From the NCBI GenBank assembly GCA_003344405.1, contig NOWV01000306.1, positions 1-55,477 of the forward strand: 55,477 nt of DNA. Reading direction: 5' to 3'. The notes beneath the pieces are model-generated. The model was not told the DNA's origin and searched no databases. It saw only the letters and a list, made by a program, of their open reading frames with translations. Source of the DNA: Trichoplax sp. H2. Lineage: Eukaryota. This document shows positions 13,301 through 26,270 of this stretch, piece by piece; positions within the stretch are counted from its first letter, which is position 1, and each line of letters opens with the position of its first letter. Both the position numbers and the translations under genes were made by a program.

Positions 13301-14293
13301 TTTATTTTTGTTGATGAAGTCAATGGTTTCTCTAACGGTTCGTCCCTCAATTGATGATTTTTCCATAAATACGCCTAAAGATGATTAAAAAATGATAATT
13401 CGACTTTGCATCCAGCAATTCGAATTCTTCTTCACATCTTACGTAAGCTAATGAAACTAATAGTTGCATTATTTGAACTTAAAATTATAATTATAGACAT
13501 TATTGCCACCGATTAATTCAATAATACGTCAATAATCAGCATAGTTAAGATAAAATTTAACAGTTACAGCTACGTAATTTCTTTGTTATGAGTTAGTCAG
13601 TAGATACTATAGATCGAATGAAAAAAATTTTTAGTAACTGGCACCAGCTATGATATTAAATCGAATACTCCGCGTAATAAAATTGTACCATAAGTCAAAT
13701 GGTAGATCCTCTACTATTGTAGTAAATGTTAAGCGAACAATCACACAACCTAACTTTTAGTGGTTTTACTATAGAATTTGCTCATTCTTTACTATCGCTT
13801 CCAAGAAGTAAATATCAGTATTCACATTTCAAGTGGCTTTAATTTAATACTGAAATTTTATTAGTTCAGTCCACTGCAGAAAAGTATTGAACGATGATAG
13901 CAGGATCTAACTAGCTTTAATTTTGAAATCTTATTAGTGTAGCTCACTGCGGGAAAATATTAAACGATAGTCACGTTATCGATCATAAACGACAAGTATA
14001 ATATCGCCGTTATGCTAAAAATACTGCCTTGATTTAAAATAAGTTACCATTTCACTCGTAATTAAATTTACTCTCATTAGCTGTTGGTTAGGAAGTTGGT
14101 TATTAGTTATCGAAGAATTAAGGTAGACACTTAGCACCAATAAGTAACTATAATATCATTTATGTCATAAACTTCCTATTTTATTAGGCTTACCGATTTT
14201 AATGACGTTATGATTTACTTTTACGATTGGGATTTGCTCAGCGGAAACAAATATAAGAATATATAATAAGATAACCAATTTGGATATTGACAT
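7312..14293 (-). CDS. Ionotropic glutamate receptor-family subunit (AMPA/kainate/delta-like, non-NMDA), ~13 exons
   Basis: Signal peptide MSISKLVILLYILIFVSA at ATG 14293; LIVBP-like ATD exons; S1 (FEGYCIDLL, WDGMVGQL, APLSITSFRQSVIDFTKPFM); M1; pore SFWFAIGSYLQQG; M3 SYTANMAAFLT; S2; M4 (NVAGIFMVLGGALMLATILLIIELF); S/T/Q-rich tail ending at TAA 7312. Confidence 0.95.
10590..10995. repeat. Intronic dispersed duplication (~105 bp block, ~285 bp apart)
   Basis: caaatgcttacgaaacagatttcacttatattgaactgatatctga at ~10601 versus caaatgcttacaaaaagtttcactcatattcaaactaatatctga at ~10885. Confidence 0.75.
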
Positions 14294-17200
14294 TTTTGAT
14301 GATTTTTAGTGATGTCGATGTCTATTCTATCCACTTTTTAATTTCCACCTACACTTTATACTATTTTTTACCGGTAAGTTAATAAATTAATTTAATTATT
14401 CTGTAGCGACCTGTCGCTGAATTAATACTGTAAAAAAGGAATGGTAGTCGTTCTTACAACAATAATCCCATGAATAGAAACTACACTGGAAAAATTAAAC
14501 CGCCTAAAGCGATGTAATGCTAGATATAAAACAGTGATCTAGCATTATAGATGACTAATACTGGGGTGTTGACGACAAGGAAAATTTCATCATGACTTTA
14601 TTAAACTTGAATAAATTTAAATTAGAAGCCATATGCGGACAATATGCTTTAGGAGCCAATAAATCAATGCTTGTTATAGTTCTCGGTTCAAGTAACTCTA
14701 TTTTACATATTTGTATCGTTATGAGCCATCAAAACATCGTTAATGAAGTCTTCATATCTACACGAACTATTCTATCTCAGATTAGACGATCTTGTCAACA
14801 TGCTATAAAAACAAATATGATTGATTTTACAAAGTGCTGATGTCAATAACGACAACACTAAATCATATGTTGCTACAAGATGCCATATTCTCAGAAGAAT
14901 TGAATTAATATTTGAAAAATTTGTTACTAGTAGCTAGCAAAATCGATTAGTCTAACTTATTTATAAATAAATCTGCAATAGGGCTATAAATATATTAATT
15001 TAGTCCAAACTTGAAATATAGCTATCCGTGGCAATTATTCTAACTGACTTTTTCATTTCTTTGAAAATCAGCGGTAGATCTTTTATTCTTACTAAATATA
15101 TGTATGGAGAAAAATAGAGAAATGCTAAACGGTTGACAAAAATATGGTACTAGACATTAAATTTAAAATAAAATTAGATTGATTAAATCCACGTGTAATA
15201 AAAGTCTCCCTTCTTTATACAACTTATTGTAATGTTATTTGGTGCATTTAGTGCTAGCCACAATCTCTTGTACGGCTCAAAACATATTTTAGACCTTACG
15301 AATAACGCTAGAGTTAAACTTGTGCCATAACAGCTTTGTGCAAATACAATCATAATTTAAATAAATACTTGCAGTTATAAATAATGACCTAACCTTCCTC
15401 CGTGTTTATTACATTTTAGCAGTAACTGCAACAAATATCTACGCTTAGGTTTAACTTCAGTTCAAACAATGCAAATTCGGGGTAAACCATGATGATATTA
15501 GCTTACCATTTCACCAATCAATGACCATTTTTTAAACCTTAATTAACATTTATGGCGATCTCCTGCATCAGGTAAATAATTTACAATATCTCTGATATAT
15601 AAACGTATAATAAACTAGCTTGTAATCCATCCATTAATTCAGCCAATTACTGCTCGTAAAAACAATCTACCGCCGAAGATTACAGTCGTCATTTCTATAT
15701 CAATATTTTAGCAATGAACATTTTTTTACTATTTATATAAGTGTAATAGGCTTCTTCTAGCAAAGAAATTGTTACAGAGTTTAAGTGAGAAGCTTGCCTA
15801 GATATAGCTAACTTTTTAACTTAATTATTGCTTTCTATAGCCACATATCATAAACTGCCGTTTAAATGGCATCTAAAACTCATGCTAACTTAATTTATAG
15901 GACAACTCGTTCATAGTAATGTCTTTGTCGCCCAACATTGTTAATGTCTATTTAATTTAAATGCAATCACAGCTAGATTCCGATGGTATACATAGCTTAA
16001 TAAATTTAATTGTATTGATTGTCTATTAACTACTTTCTACGAAGTCAATATACCGTTTTCAGCTTCTGCGGTTCGATATCGATTATGTCTAATTTAGCTA
16101 TGAACTTGGCTTATTTTCAACAGGACTACTTATACATTACGAATGATTTGTAATTATAAGGACTATGGCTAGCATTGACTTGAATTGAATTACTACAGGG
16201 ATAGATATGTGATCTAGCGACATTGGTACGACTATTTTATCCATTTAACTTAACTGAATTTGGCTGGTTGTATGAGTACATAATTGATCGTAAGCATTTT
16301 AACAGGTTTATGAATACTAATTTACGATATTAATGAAAAATTAATAAGAAATTTTTGCTAAACTGAAAGTGACGTTAAATCATACTTCAATCACAAAATA
16401 TTTGAATAGGCGTATAGATTTTAAGTTTAATTTGAATAGAAGCTATCGATTAAATATATAGCTATATGAATTAGAGCCAGTATTTGAGAAGGAATGACAC
16501 ATAAGTTCATGATCAGATTTGCGGTCAAATTAAGATATAAAGATATAGTTAATGATCGTAAGTAATTATGCTATTAATCCGAGTTTAATTAAATGAAATC
16601 TAACATCCTTTGTAGATTGAAGATAGCTCTTCTTCTTGAAGTTATTGCGACATATGTAAATAGCGATTATAATTACCCGATAAGAACATAAATAACAACT
16701 TTGAAGATAATATTCTGGATACAATTAGTTTTTAGCCTGCATGATAGATAGAATAATGTCGGCATCAGGGTTATCAATAATATTAATCTTTACACAGAAT
16801 CTATTCAGTTATTGCATGAAGGCAAAGTTACGCTTGAAATCAATTTTGTATCTACTACCAATGTTATTAATACTTCAATAAGTAGTATTAATTGAGTATT
16901 ATCTTATTTTAAGACCAGAGAGTGCCACAATTAAGCTTGTCGTTAGAAAGATCATAGCTGATATCAGTCAATATATTTCTAAACTTTACACTAGTTCCAT
17001 TGCAAATCATGATTCTCATCATGACATTTAAATGCTATCGTAGTGGTCTGCTAAGCGATTAAATACTATACATGATTATGAAATCTTTGCTTACAAATCA
17101 TGAATGTCTTAAAATTAGGCATACCTATTATTTCCTATAACTTGTAAAATGCATAGCTCTAAGATAAGCCAAGATTATAGATTTCGGATAGCAGTGAAAT

Positions 17201-18291
17201 ATATAATTTTTAATTAATTAAGAAAACATTGCTATTGTAAGGCATGGAAAGTAGACAATCTCTTATTAAGGAGAATAGAATGAATAAATAACGAAGGAAC
17301 TTATACTTGCTGATTATTTTATCTTATAATTAGATACTTATTTATTGCAGTAGTTTATATTATATCCACTGGCATAATCGTAATAGAAGCTGATATTTTC
17401 CAACATTAAATGGCTGCTTTGCATGACATGTAAGTAAATGGAATTTGAAGATAGAAATAATAATAGAATTGGATAAAACATGTTGATTATTTTATATTTG
17501 CAGCCAATCTGTATCATCGATGGTTGATTTAAGATTTATTTATTCGTTAGCTGAATGAGTAAACGATGATAAAATTTATATTGGGTGTTGGATTGTGCTA
17601 CTAGAATTTCATGGGAAAAGTTATGATAATATCCAATGAAATTATTTTTATGCGTATAAAACGCAATTGAAATCGTAGAATATTCAATTTGAAACTTAAC
17701 TAAGCATTATTCATGACAAGATAAGATATGGAGCATAGAATATATTTCCATCCTTAAACAAAATTTATAAACTACAGTAATGTTACAATTCAATTCGTGC
17801 TATTTAGCACTGAATAATGATTGATCTTGAAATAATAAGCAAATAAATGATCTTATGTAGACTTGCTATTTAACCAAATCTTACTTTACTTCTAATAATT
17901 AATCGCCATGTTATACGTATGTCTATAATAGCATTCGGATTTATACATCAACATGACCATTTCAAGCTAATATAGAATCAATGCATTAATACTACGTGAA
18001 ATAAAGTAAAATACTAAGGAAAAGCGGAAAATTATACGTAATGGCTGGATTTATTGAATTAATGATTACACTACGGTAGCGAATTAGGGTAAAGCAAATC
18101 TGGAATAAATGCAGGACTGGAGCAACGATTGATATAATGCTTCATTCGTTATCACATGATTACCAATCAATTAGTATCATCCATAATAGATGGTTACCAT
18201 GTAGAAGTAAAGTTTACAGAAATTAGAAGAGTATTTGGGGTTTTTGACTTACGACTACTGGTTCTCTTGTTGGAAGACGAAAGTGAGACTA

Positions 18292-19431
18292 TCACAAAGA
18301 ATCATCGTCTTTTTCAGGAACTCCAATGGCTTTTTCAGAAGCTGTGTTGTTATCACCTTCAATATTATCTGGCATTACAGCACTTTGATGGCAACATGGA
18401 CAATAAGTTTGTCGAATATCTTGATTAAATATGATATAGATCAAAGGTAGTAATATAAGATACAGCATGGATAGAATTCGATCAGCACCGATGATACCAG
18501 CAGAAGAGGCATTTAGCTTATTTTGGTAGGTAACCGAAGTCAATATGAGGATACAACGAGGGGTTAGACAAGCAGTGTAAATTAATGTAGTCAAAAAGCA
18601 TAATTTAATAAACTTCTTTTCTTCACGTTTCTTTTCTAATATCTCAAATGAAGCCACAATAGTTTTACCACATTGAAATTTCATCAAGATAGCATAACAT
18701 ACACCTAAGGATAAAACAGGGATGAAGTAATTTAAAGCTAGAAAGGATATCCAAAATGGCTTATGAGGTGTTAAGATATGATTATATGTATTGCATGGAG
18801 CAGTATGATTAGTGCAATGTGTATAAATTGCAATAGGTACAGTAAAAGCTACCGCGATAATCCATGCTAGTACGATTAATAATTTAATATATTTATCGCT
18901 AAATCGCTTGGGATACCTAAAGCTTTCATAACAACGTTCAATAGCAATCCAATTTAAGGTATGCATGGTAACGATAAAGGAGCAATACGAAGGTGCAACG
19001 ATAAAAATTCGAGAATAGATTGAAAAATTATTCAACGGGATAATTCCACGCGAGTTCAAAAATAGAACAAGTGATCCGCTAATTGGGTTGATAATAGCGA
19101 GTAAAGTTGTAATTCCAATACTAGCTAGAAACTGATAGAAAGGATGTTTTTTCAATGCCGGCTTGATAAATAGTGCAATAGTAGCCACTAAATTTAAATA
19201 TAGCCCTAGTACACTGATCACAGCAACGACAATAAATGTTCGCATATCTAATGGTGGAGGATTTGTAGTCGCAGCTATTGTAATTGTAGTAGGTACTGTT
19301 GTTGCCGAAGATCTAACAGTACTTATAGTTAAAGCAAGAATGCTAGCAGTAATTGAATCAGTAGTATTGGTCATGGATAATAACGGATTATTGGTGGAAT
19401 CATTGTAATCTATTGAAATGATGCTAGCCAT
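18292..19431 (-). CDS. Orphan class A (rhodopsin-like) GPCR, single coding exon, 379 aa
   Basis: Seven hydrophobic segments, TM3 WIAIERC, TM4 W..A...P, TM5 YFIP, TM6 CLTP, TM7 LPLIY, C-terminal CPCC, Thr-rich N-terminus with N-glycosylation sequons. Confidence 0.93.
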   Translation of the reverse strand: MASIISIDYNDSTNNPLLSMTNTTDSITASILALTISTVRSSATTVPTTITIAATTNPPPLDMRTFIVVAVISVLGLYLNLVATIALFIKPALKKHPFYQFLASIGITTLLAIINPISGSLVLFLNSRGIIPLNNFSIYSRIFIVAPSYCSFIVTMHTLNWIAIERCYESFRYPKRFSDKYIKLLIVLAWIIAVAFTVPIAIYTHCTNHTAPCNTYNHILTPHKPFWISFLALNYFIPVLSLGVCYAILMKFQCGKTIVASFEILEKKREEKKFIKLCFLTTLIYTACLTPRCILILTSVTYQNKLNASSAGIIGADRILSMLYLILLPLIYIIFNQDIRQTYCPCCHQSAVMPDNIEGDNNTASEKAIGVPEKDDDSL

Positions 19432-19499
19432 GTTGGTTAGGTAGTTTTATGATTCCAAGGGAGAATCTTGCTTGTTTATTAATTCTATTGCTGTCGCAA

Positions 19500-19762
19500 A
19501 TTTCAATCACTCTTAGGACTTTCTAAAGAAGAAGGAGGAAAAAATTGAATATGTTTATGGTCGAGGTGGCCATTGAAAATGCAATTCAATTTTAAATCAC
19601 GGCTTGAGCCATGACGATAGCTGATTTAAAAATGCCGCTTACCGAGTTCTTAAATCACTTGTAGGACTTTCTAAAGTAGATGAAGGAAAAATATTGAATG
19701 CAATGATGTTAGAAGTCGCATTGGAATTGCTATTCAATTTTAAATCATGATTGAGCAATGAC
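19500..19762. repeat. ~150 bp tandem duplication upstream of the GPCR
   Basis: aatcactcttaggactttctaaag...caattttaaatcacggcttgagc at ~19506 repeated as aatcacttgtaggactttctaaag...caattttaaatcatgattgagc at ~19653. Confidence 0.8.
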
Positions 19763-21134
19763 TAAATATCGATGAGATAATAAACTTGTTACGAGTGCTG
19801 TTGATACAGAGAGATTTCTACTTAAGGAAGCAGCCTCCTATTAATCATTTCGTTCATTTTCTTCTAAAGCTTATTTTTCGAATAAAATAGATAATACTAC
19901 GGCTTATAATTAGGAATTTCAATAGATTATTTCTCTTCAAGAAAATTCTATTGAGGAAAGATGTGACCCGTTATTGAAAACGATGACATTTACGTTTGAT
20001 TTTCTTTCAAAAATGGTGTTGTCAGCAATGTTGAAGATACTGCAGCTTGTAATTTAGGAATTTCAGTGGACTATCAGGTACTATTTTCACTGAGAAATTC
20101 TGTCTAGGAAAGATGTTTCAGATCAATAGCAAATGGTTGCAATGATAAGACTTTGCTACGATATCTTTTCATCACTAACAAGGAGTGGATGATTTATAGT
20201 TTATAATTTAGAAATTTTAATATGTTGGTATGTCAGTTGCTACTAGTTTTGCCAAAATCACTAAATTTGCTAAATCACTGTAGCACTTATAATTTTACAA
20301 TATTCGTAGTTAGTTTTCAAGAACACTAGAGCTTAAGTGATTTGGAAATTCACAGATTTCATAACTAATGGTAACTACTTGTTATTTTGCTAGTTTAAGA
20401 AACTATCGAACTGCAAAGCGAGAAGAGCAATACTAATAAACTCGTTATAAGCAATAATTTTCAGCAAAGGACCCATTGTCTAGAGTAAGAAGAGAATCAG
20501 TGTAGCAATAAATTCTTTGATTAATCATTAGCACTAGTACTAATAGCCTAAAGTAAGGAGAGAAATGCTAGTAAACTCTATAATTAATAAATCATTGACA
20601 TTTGAACTGATTGCCCACCCGGTGTAAGAACATTAGAATCATTTTTACTTCCTGTAATCAATATCTAATAACTTTATACGATCAAAGCTGTCATGTTTTG
20701 CTCTAAATTTTCGCATTAGTAAAATTCGATCCTAATTAAGCATTGAAGAGCAATGCTTCTAAATGGATGCTTGTAATCATATTCTATCCTTGATTAGAAA
20801 ATCTCAAGGGAACTATGACGTCAACTATTACCAATCAGAGAATTCTGTCATGTCTGTCGTTGGAATTCTTGTCGAAAACGCCATCATCATCCGGAACTTG
20901 CAAGAAATGACTGTCATGGGAATGGAGCAAATTCAAGCCTTGGCCTACAATCATTCACACTTGAAAGTGCTAGCATGAAATCAACTTTACTGCATGTCAA
21001 AGTCAATCAATTTTTATAATGTGAAACTTTATGAAATCCATCCATAGCCATCAAATTTTTTAGTTGGAGTTAATCTACCGTGTGCAATTATAGAAGGAGT
21101 CTAGACTTGGTCTACTATAGGCTAATGCAATGGA

Positions 21135-21615
21135 TAAAATGAACCGAATCTACTTCTATTGAGTCTTTATAGTAGTGTTATTTGTCTCCTTCGTTATGAA
21201 GTTACTTAAGCATGAAGGAAATAGAATCGTAATATAATATTTTTCGCCATTTCTGTTTAATAGAACGAAAATAATGAACCCAATCTACTTCTACTGCGCC
21301 TTCATAGCAGTACTGTTTGCCGCTTTCGTGATTTAGTTAACTTAATCATGCAGGGAGTAGAGCGTTAAAATAATACTTTACACCATTTTGTTTAATGTAA
21401 CAGAAAAATGAACCCAATCTACTTCCGTTGAACCTTTATACTAGGGTTATTGGTCTCCTTCGTTATTAAGATAACTTAAGCATGGAGGAAATGAAGCCCT
21501 AAAATAATACTTTTCACTATTTTGGTTTAATGTAGTGCAAAAAATAAAACGAATCTACTTCTATTGAGCCATCATGGTGTTATTGATGGTCTTCGTTATT
21601 AAGCTAACTTAAGCA
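21135..21615. repeat. Diverged tandem array A, ~135 bp unit, ~3.5 copies
   Basis: Anchor aatgaacc(g/c)aatctacttc at ~21138, 21273, 21407 and 21543; shared cttcgtta...aacttaagcat segment. Confidence 0.85.
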
Positions 21616-22089
21616 TACATTTTTTTACATGGTGGTAAGACAACGTCAATGTAGAATCCAACTCATGAAATTTGAATAATAAGATCGATTTTGTTGTTAA
21701 CAACATTTTAAAATAATAATTAAATTTCCTGTTGTAAAATCAAGAAATGCTACAGCTATCAACTATTATTGTTTAATTGTTTCTCATTGCAATATATATA
21801 TATAGATTTACCTTTACCTTTAGGCAGGTACAATTTGTTGCGAATAAAGATTTTACTGCTATAGACAATTTCGACATATGTATTGCAGTCATTTCACAAG
21901 ACTGTAACAGCCTAAATCAATGGCCGTCACTTATGCTCTAAAGATAATTAATTAGAGTTGCTGGCTAATAAGACTTTTTACCTCTATGATTAATTTTCTT
22001 CTGTAAGAAATGTTCTTTTTCAAGACTGTTCAAATCAAACACGACTGAATATTAAAATAGTTCAAATGAATAATAAAATTCTCTTAAAG

Positions 22090-23570
22090 CATTCTATTCT
22101 CAATACTGCTTAGATCAACCTTGAATTAGAAAATAAAACGACCTATTTTCTTTCTCCATTTTGTTTCACTACGATGAAAATAATTTATTTCATCATTTTC
22201 ATAGTCAATGTTATTTTATGGTCTTTTAACTTAATCATTTCAATACTACATTGATCTACTTTCAATTAGGGAATTAAATGACCAGTTTTCTTAATTCTGC
22301 CTTATTTCGATGAAATAATTTGATTTAACTCGTTGCTGACACTATCTTATTTCTTGAATTAAGGTAATCTCTTCCCTTTTTCAATAGTGCATTAATCAAT
22401 TTTCAATTAGCAAATAAAACGATCAGTTTTCTTTCATCATTTTGCCTTACTCTGAAGATATAATTTGATCAAACTTGTTACTAACACTAACTTATATTCT
22501 TTTAAAACAATCTATTGCCATTTCATAACATCTTGATCTAGAAACATAATAATTCATTTTAAGCCTTCAATGGGCCTCGTTCTAGTGAAATAATTACATC
22601 AAATTGTTGCTAACGTTGTAGTACGTTCTTTTAAGGTAATCTATTTTCAACACTGCATTGATATACTTTTAATTAGCAAGTAAATAATCCATTTTCTTTC
22701 TCAATTTTGCTAAACTCCGATAGGCTGATGAAACAATTTGATCGAAATTGATTATCAACACTACACTAATGATGTTTAATGAATCGATGTTATGAAAGGA
22801 AATAGTTAGTTTTCATCCAGTTCGTTGGTAATATTATGTTCTTTTTAATGTAATTTGTTTCAACATTCATTGATTTACTTTTCCTCAAGAAACAAAAACC
22901 AATCTGTTTTCTTTCTCAATTTTGCCTTAAAATTACTGTGATAGAATAAATGCATCGAATTTATTGCTAACGCTATACTAACAATATTCAATGTAACAAT
23001 GCTATGAAACTAAATAGTTAATTTTCATTCTCAATTTGCCTCAAAATTACTCCGACAGAATAATTATATCCCAATTCGTTGCTAACGCTACTCTAACAGC
23101 TTTCAATAGAATTATATTATGAAGTTTATAGATGAGTTTTCTTTCTCAATTTTGCCTTAAAATGACTCCGATGGAATAATTGGATCAAATTTATTGCTAA
23201 CGCTACTCTAACAGTATTCAGTGGAACGATTTTAAGAAAATAAATGATGAGTTTTCTTCCTTAATATTTCCTAAAATTACCCCAAGAGAATAATAATATC
23301 CAATTTGTTGATAATGCTACATTAGTAACGTTCTATAGAATGATGTTATAAAATCTATAGATGAGTTTTCTTTCTCAATTTTGCCTTAAAATTACTCTGA
23401 TGGGATAATTGGATCCAATTTATCGCTAACGCTACACTAATAATATTCAATAGCATAATGTTATGAAACTAAATGATGAGTTTTCCTTCTCAATTTTGCC
23501 CTTAAATTATTCCTGATGAAATAATTGGATCCTATTCGTTGCTAATGCTACTCTAATAAAGCTAATCCAT
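22090..23570. repeat. Diverged tandem array B, ~115 bp unit on the right and ~140 bp on the left, ~10 copies
   Basis: Anchor ttttctttctcaattttgcc(t)taaaattact at ~22907, 23022, 23137, 23252, 23366 and 23481; more degenerate copies at ~22146, 22286, 22426 and 22692; recurring ttgctaacgctac. Confidence 0.88.
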
Positions 23571-25819
23571 TTCTTCAATTGTATATCGATTGTATGTAAA
23601 CTTCCTCTCTTGCAAAAAAAAGTGTGATACAACAGTTGAAAATATATCGATTAGACCGTTCAACTTGGCAGTGAATAGATCAGTCATGATGAGTTTTCTT
23701 TTTCGATTTGTCTTTATCGTCTTTGGAATTTACAGAAAGATCTATTTGTCGGGTTCAATTTTCTAAAGCTAGCGAAAACTAAACACCTCCAATATTTACC
23801 ATAGACATTATCTGGATTTTTACTATTCCCTTTCAGAATAAATCCTTTAAATAATAATCCTCTATCGATGCTATTAACTAAATTAAAGCAAGGCAAACAA
23901 GCATTCAACAAACATGAGACCTTTTAATCCATGTAAATTAACTTACTTTAATATTCCAATGAAAACGAGTTATGCTTGCTTCGCTTGTAAAATGGATAAG
24001 CCACTAGTCATAAGCAACTTGCAAATGTGCAATAAATCAACCACATCAAGTTCAAGATAGAGGAAAAAAAGTTGAAATAATTATCTAACGTATTGATATT
24101 GACTTATAAAGAATCTATCAGATCGTGAGCTATATAGAAAATGTCAAAAACAATTTAATCAATCAATTTAATTGGTTTACTGAAAAAAAACGATTTCAAT
24201 TCATTGCCCTGTATTTGTATATGGTATAGAATGAATTCTGTCTATTGATCGAAAATTCAAATAGGTATTCTAGAGCAATTATATCCTCTATTAAATACTT
24301 AGAATAGATAAACAATACCTGTCATATAACTAGAAAATTCTATTTACACATTAAAATGTTTCGGTAGCAAAGTACAAATCTAGACAAGAAATGATGTTTA
24401 ACATTCACATCATGGCTATTGATTCTCTTCGCAACCCAGGATATTAAATTATACTAAATCAAGCTCGGTTATAGAATAAGACTATTCCAAGGGAATATCG
24501 AGTATGTAATGGTAGCTATTTCAAGATATATTCTACTTGATATTAGCCTCGGGCGTTACAAGAACATAAGGAAATCAAGAAATTTATTTTCTTATTTCGA
24601 TGCATTACATCAGGATTAGTCATTGACTTGAAAATATGCCTGTCGTTGCCATCGTAATGAGTCATTGGCGTAGAATTTTTCTTTTCATCGCATAGATTGA
24701 TTTTCTATTGATGAGCCCTTTACAATGGCAATCATGTTAGTCATAATGGAGTTATCAAGTTTCTTTTACGCCATTAAGATCAGAGAGACAGCTAAGATAT
24801 AATTGCAATAATACTAGTAGTAACGGAATTATCAAATTTCTTTCACGCCATAGAGATCAAATAGCCAGTCAATAAACTTACCGTAGCTACCGTTACAATG
24901 TATAGAAGTAGGACACATTTTGTATTGGAAATAATGCGGACTCTTTATTATGGCTTGATGATCTCCATTTTGAGCCATTACCTTTTGGAGAAGTATATAT
25001 ATACATATATTGTTATATATACCAATCATGCCTATTCAATTTCAATTTCCCATTTCTTTACTCCTAGCTGCTCATGAAATTGAACGATAAAGTAATTTCT
25101 CCAGAGTAGATAGCAAGTAAACATCATACTAGTAATTCGCTGTTGTAAAATGCTTCTATGAATGAATTGATTGCAATTTTTTTCACTTGCATCATCTTTT
25201 AGCGCTATATAAAATAATCAATGTATCAGTTGGATACATGTCAGGAAAGAGTTTTCAATTTATTGCTTGAATGACTGCTTTCAAAATTTATTAATCGTTT
25301 ATTTGAGGGTATACTTATAACGTTTTTTCTCTGCTCGATATGAATATCGTGGAATTTTGCGCTAGAGCGTTAACTTCTTTCCTTTTATTGAAAGGAAGCC
25401 AAGATTCAAGTCATTATTTAAATCTCTATTTTAGATACTCCCGGTACTTACCATTCCATCGAATAGCCATTTTAACGGGCATATTTCTACTCGACATAAA
25501 TGACCTCATATTTTAATATCGGATAATTTAAGCAACCATTCGGTTTTCTTTGAGTTGATGGATAATATTGGATTGAACGCAAACTACTTCCTAAAGAATA
25601 AATTGATCTCATAGGTGCTATTGCTCCAACTAGCTTATCAGAAAGAGTAGGATAAATGAAATTATTGCCAATAAACAAGTTCTTTCCTAACTTTTTTAAC
25701 AACCTGATATTGTACTTATATCTAACAGTCTGCATCAGTAGATTACTCTATCTGCTAATCATAGATAAGTTTCGATAACAATCTTCATGAGATTCCTCCT
25801 TGCAAACCTATGATGCTAT

Positions 25820-26270
25820 CATAATCGTAGCTTGTAATAGAGTTTTAAGCAGAGACAGATACATATTTTTAGTATATTAACTAAATTGCTAAATATCATA
25901 CTCAGTATCGTAACTGTAGCTTATAATAGAGTGTTAAGCAGAGATAGATACAAATTTTTAGTATATTTAATTAAATGACTAAATATCATACCCGGTATCG
26001 TAATCGTAGCTCATGCTAGAGCTTTGAGCAGAGATAGATATATATATATATTTAGTGTATTTAATTAAATTACTAAATAATATACTCGGTATCGTATCGT
26101 AGCTTGTAATAGATTTTTGAGCAGAGATAGATACGTAAACTTAGTATTTTTAATTTAAGTATTAAATATCATATTCAGTATCATAATTGCAGCTCATAAT
26201 AAAGTTTTGAGTAGAGATAGTACATATTTTTGTTATTTTTAATTAAATTACTAAATATAATACTCTTGAT
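25820..26270. repeat. Tandem array C, ~91 bp unit, 5 copies
   Basis: agagttttaagcagagatagatacatatttttagtatatttaattaaattactaaatatcatactc variants at ~25839, 25928, 26019, 26110 and 26201. Confidence 0.9.

Noticed and set aside
18156..19408. Plus-strand ORFs overlapping the GPCR
   Set aside because: Antisense shadows of the real coding frame.
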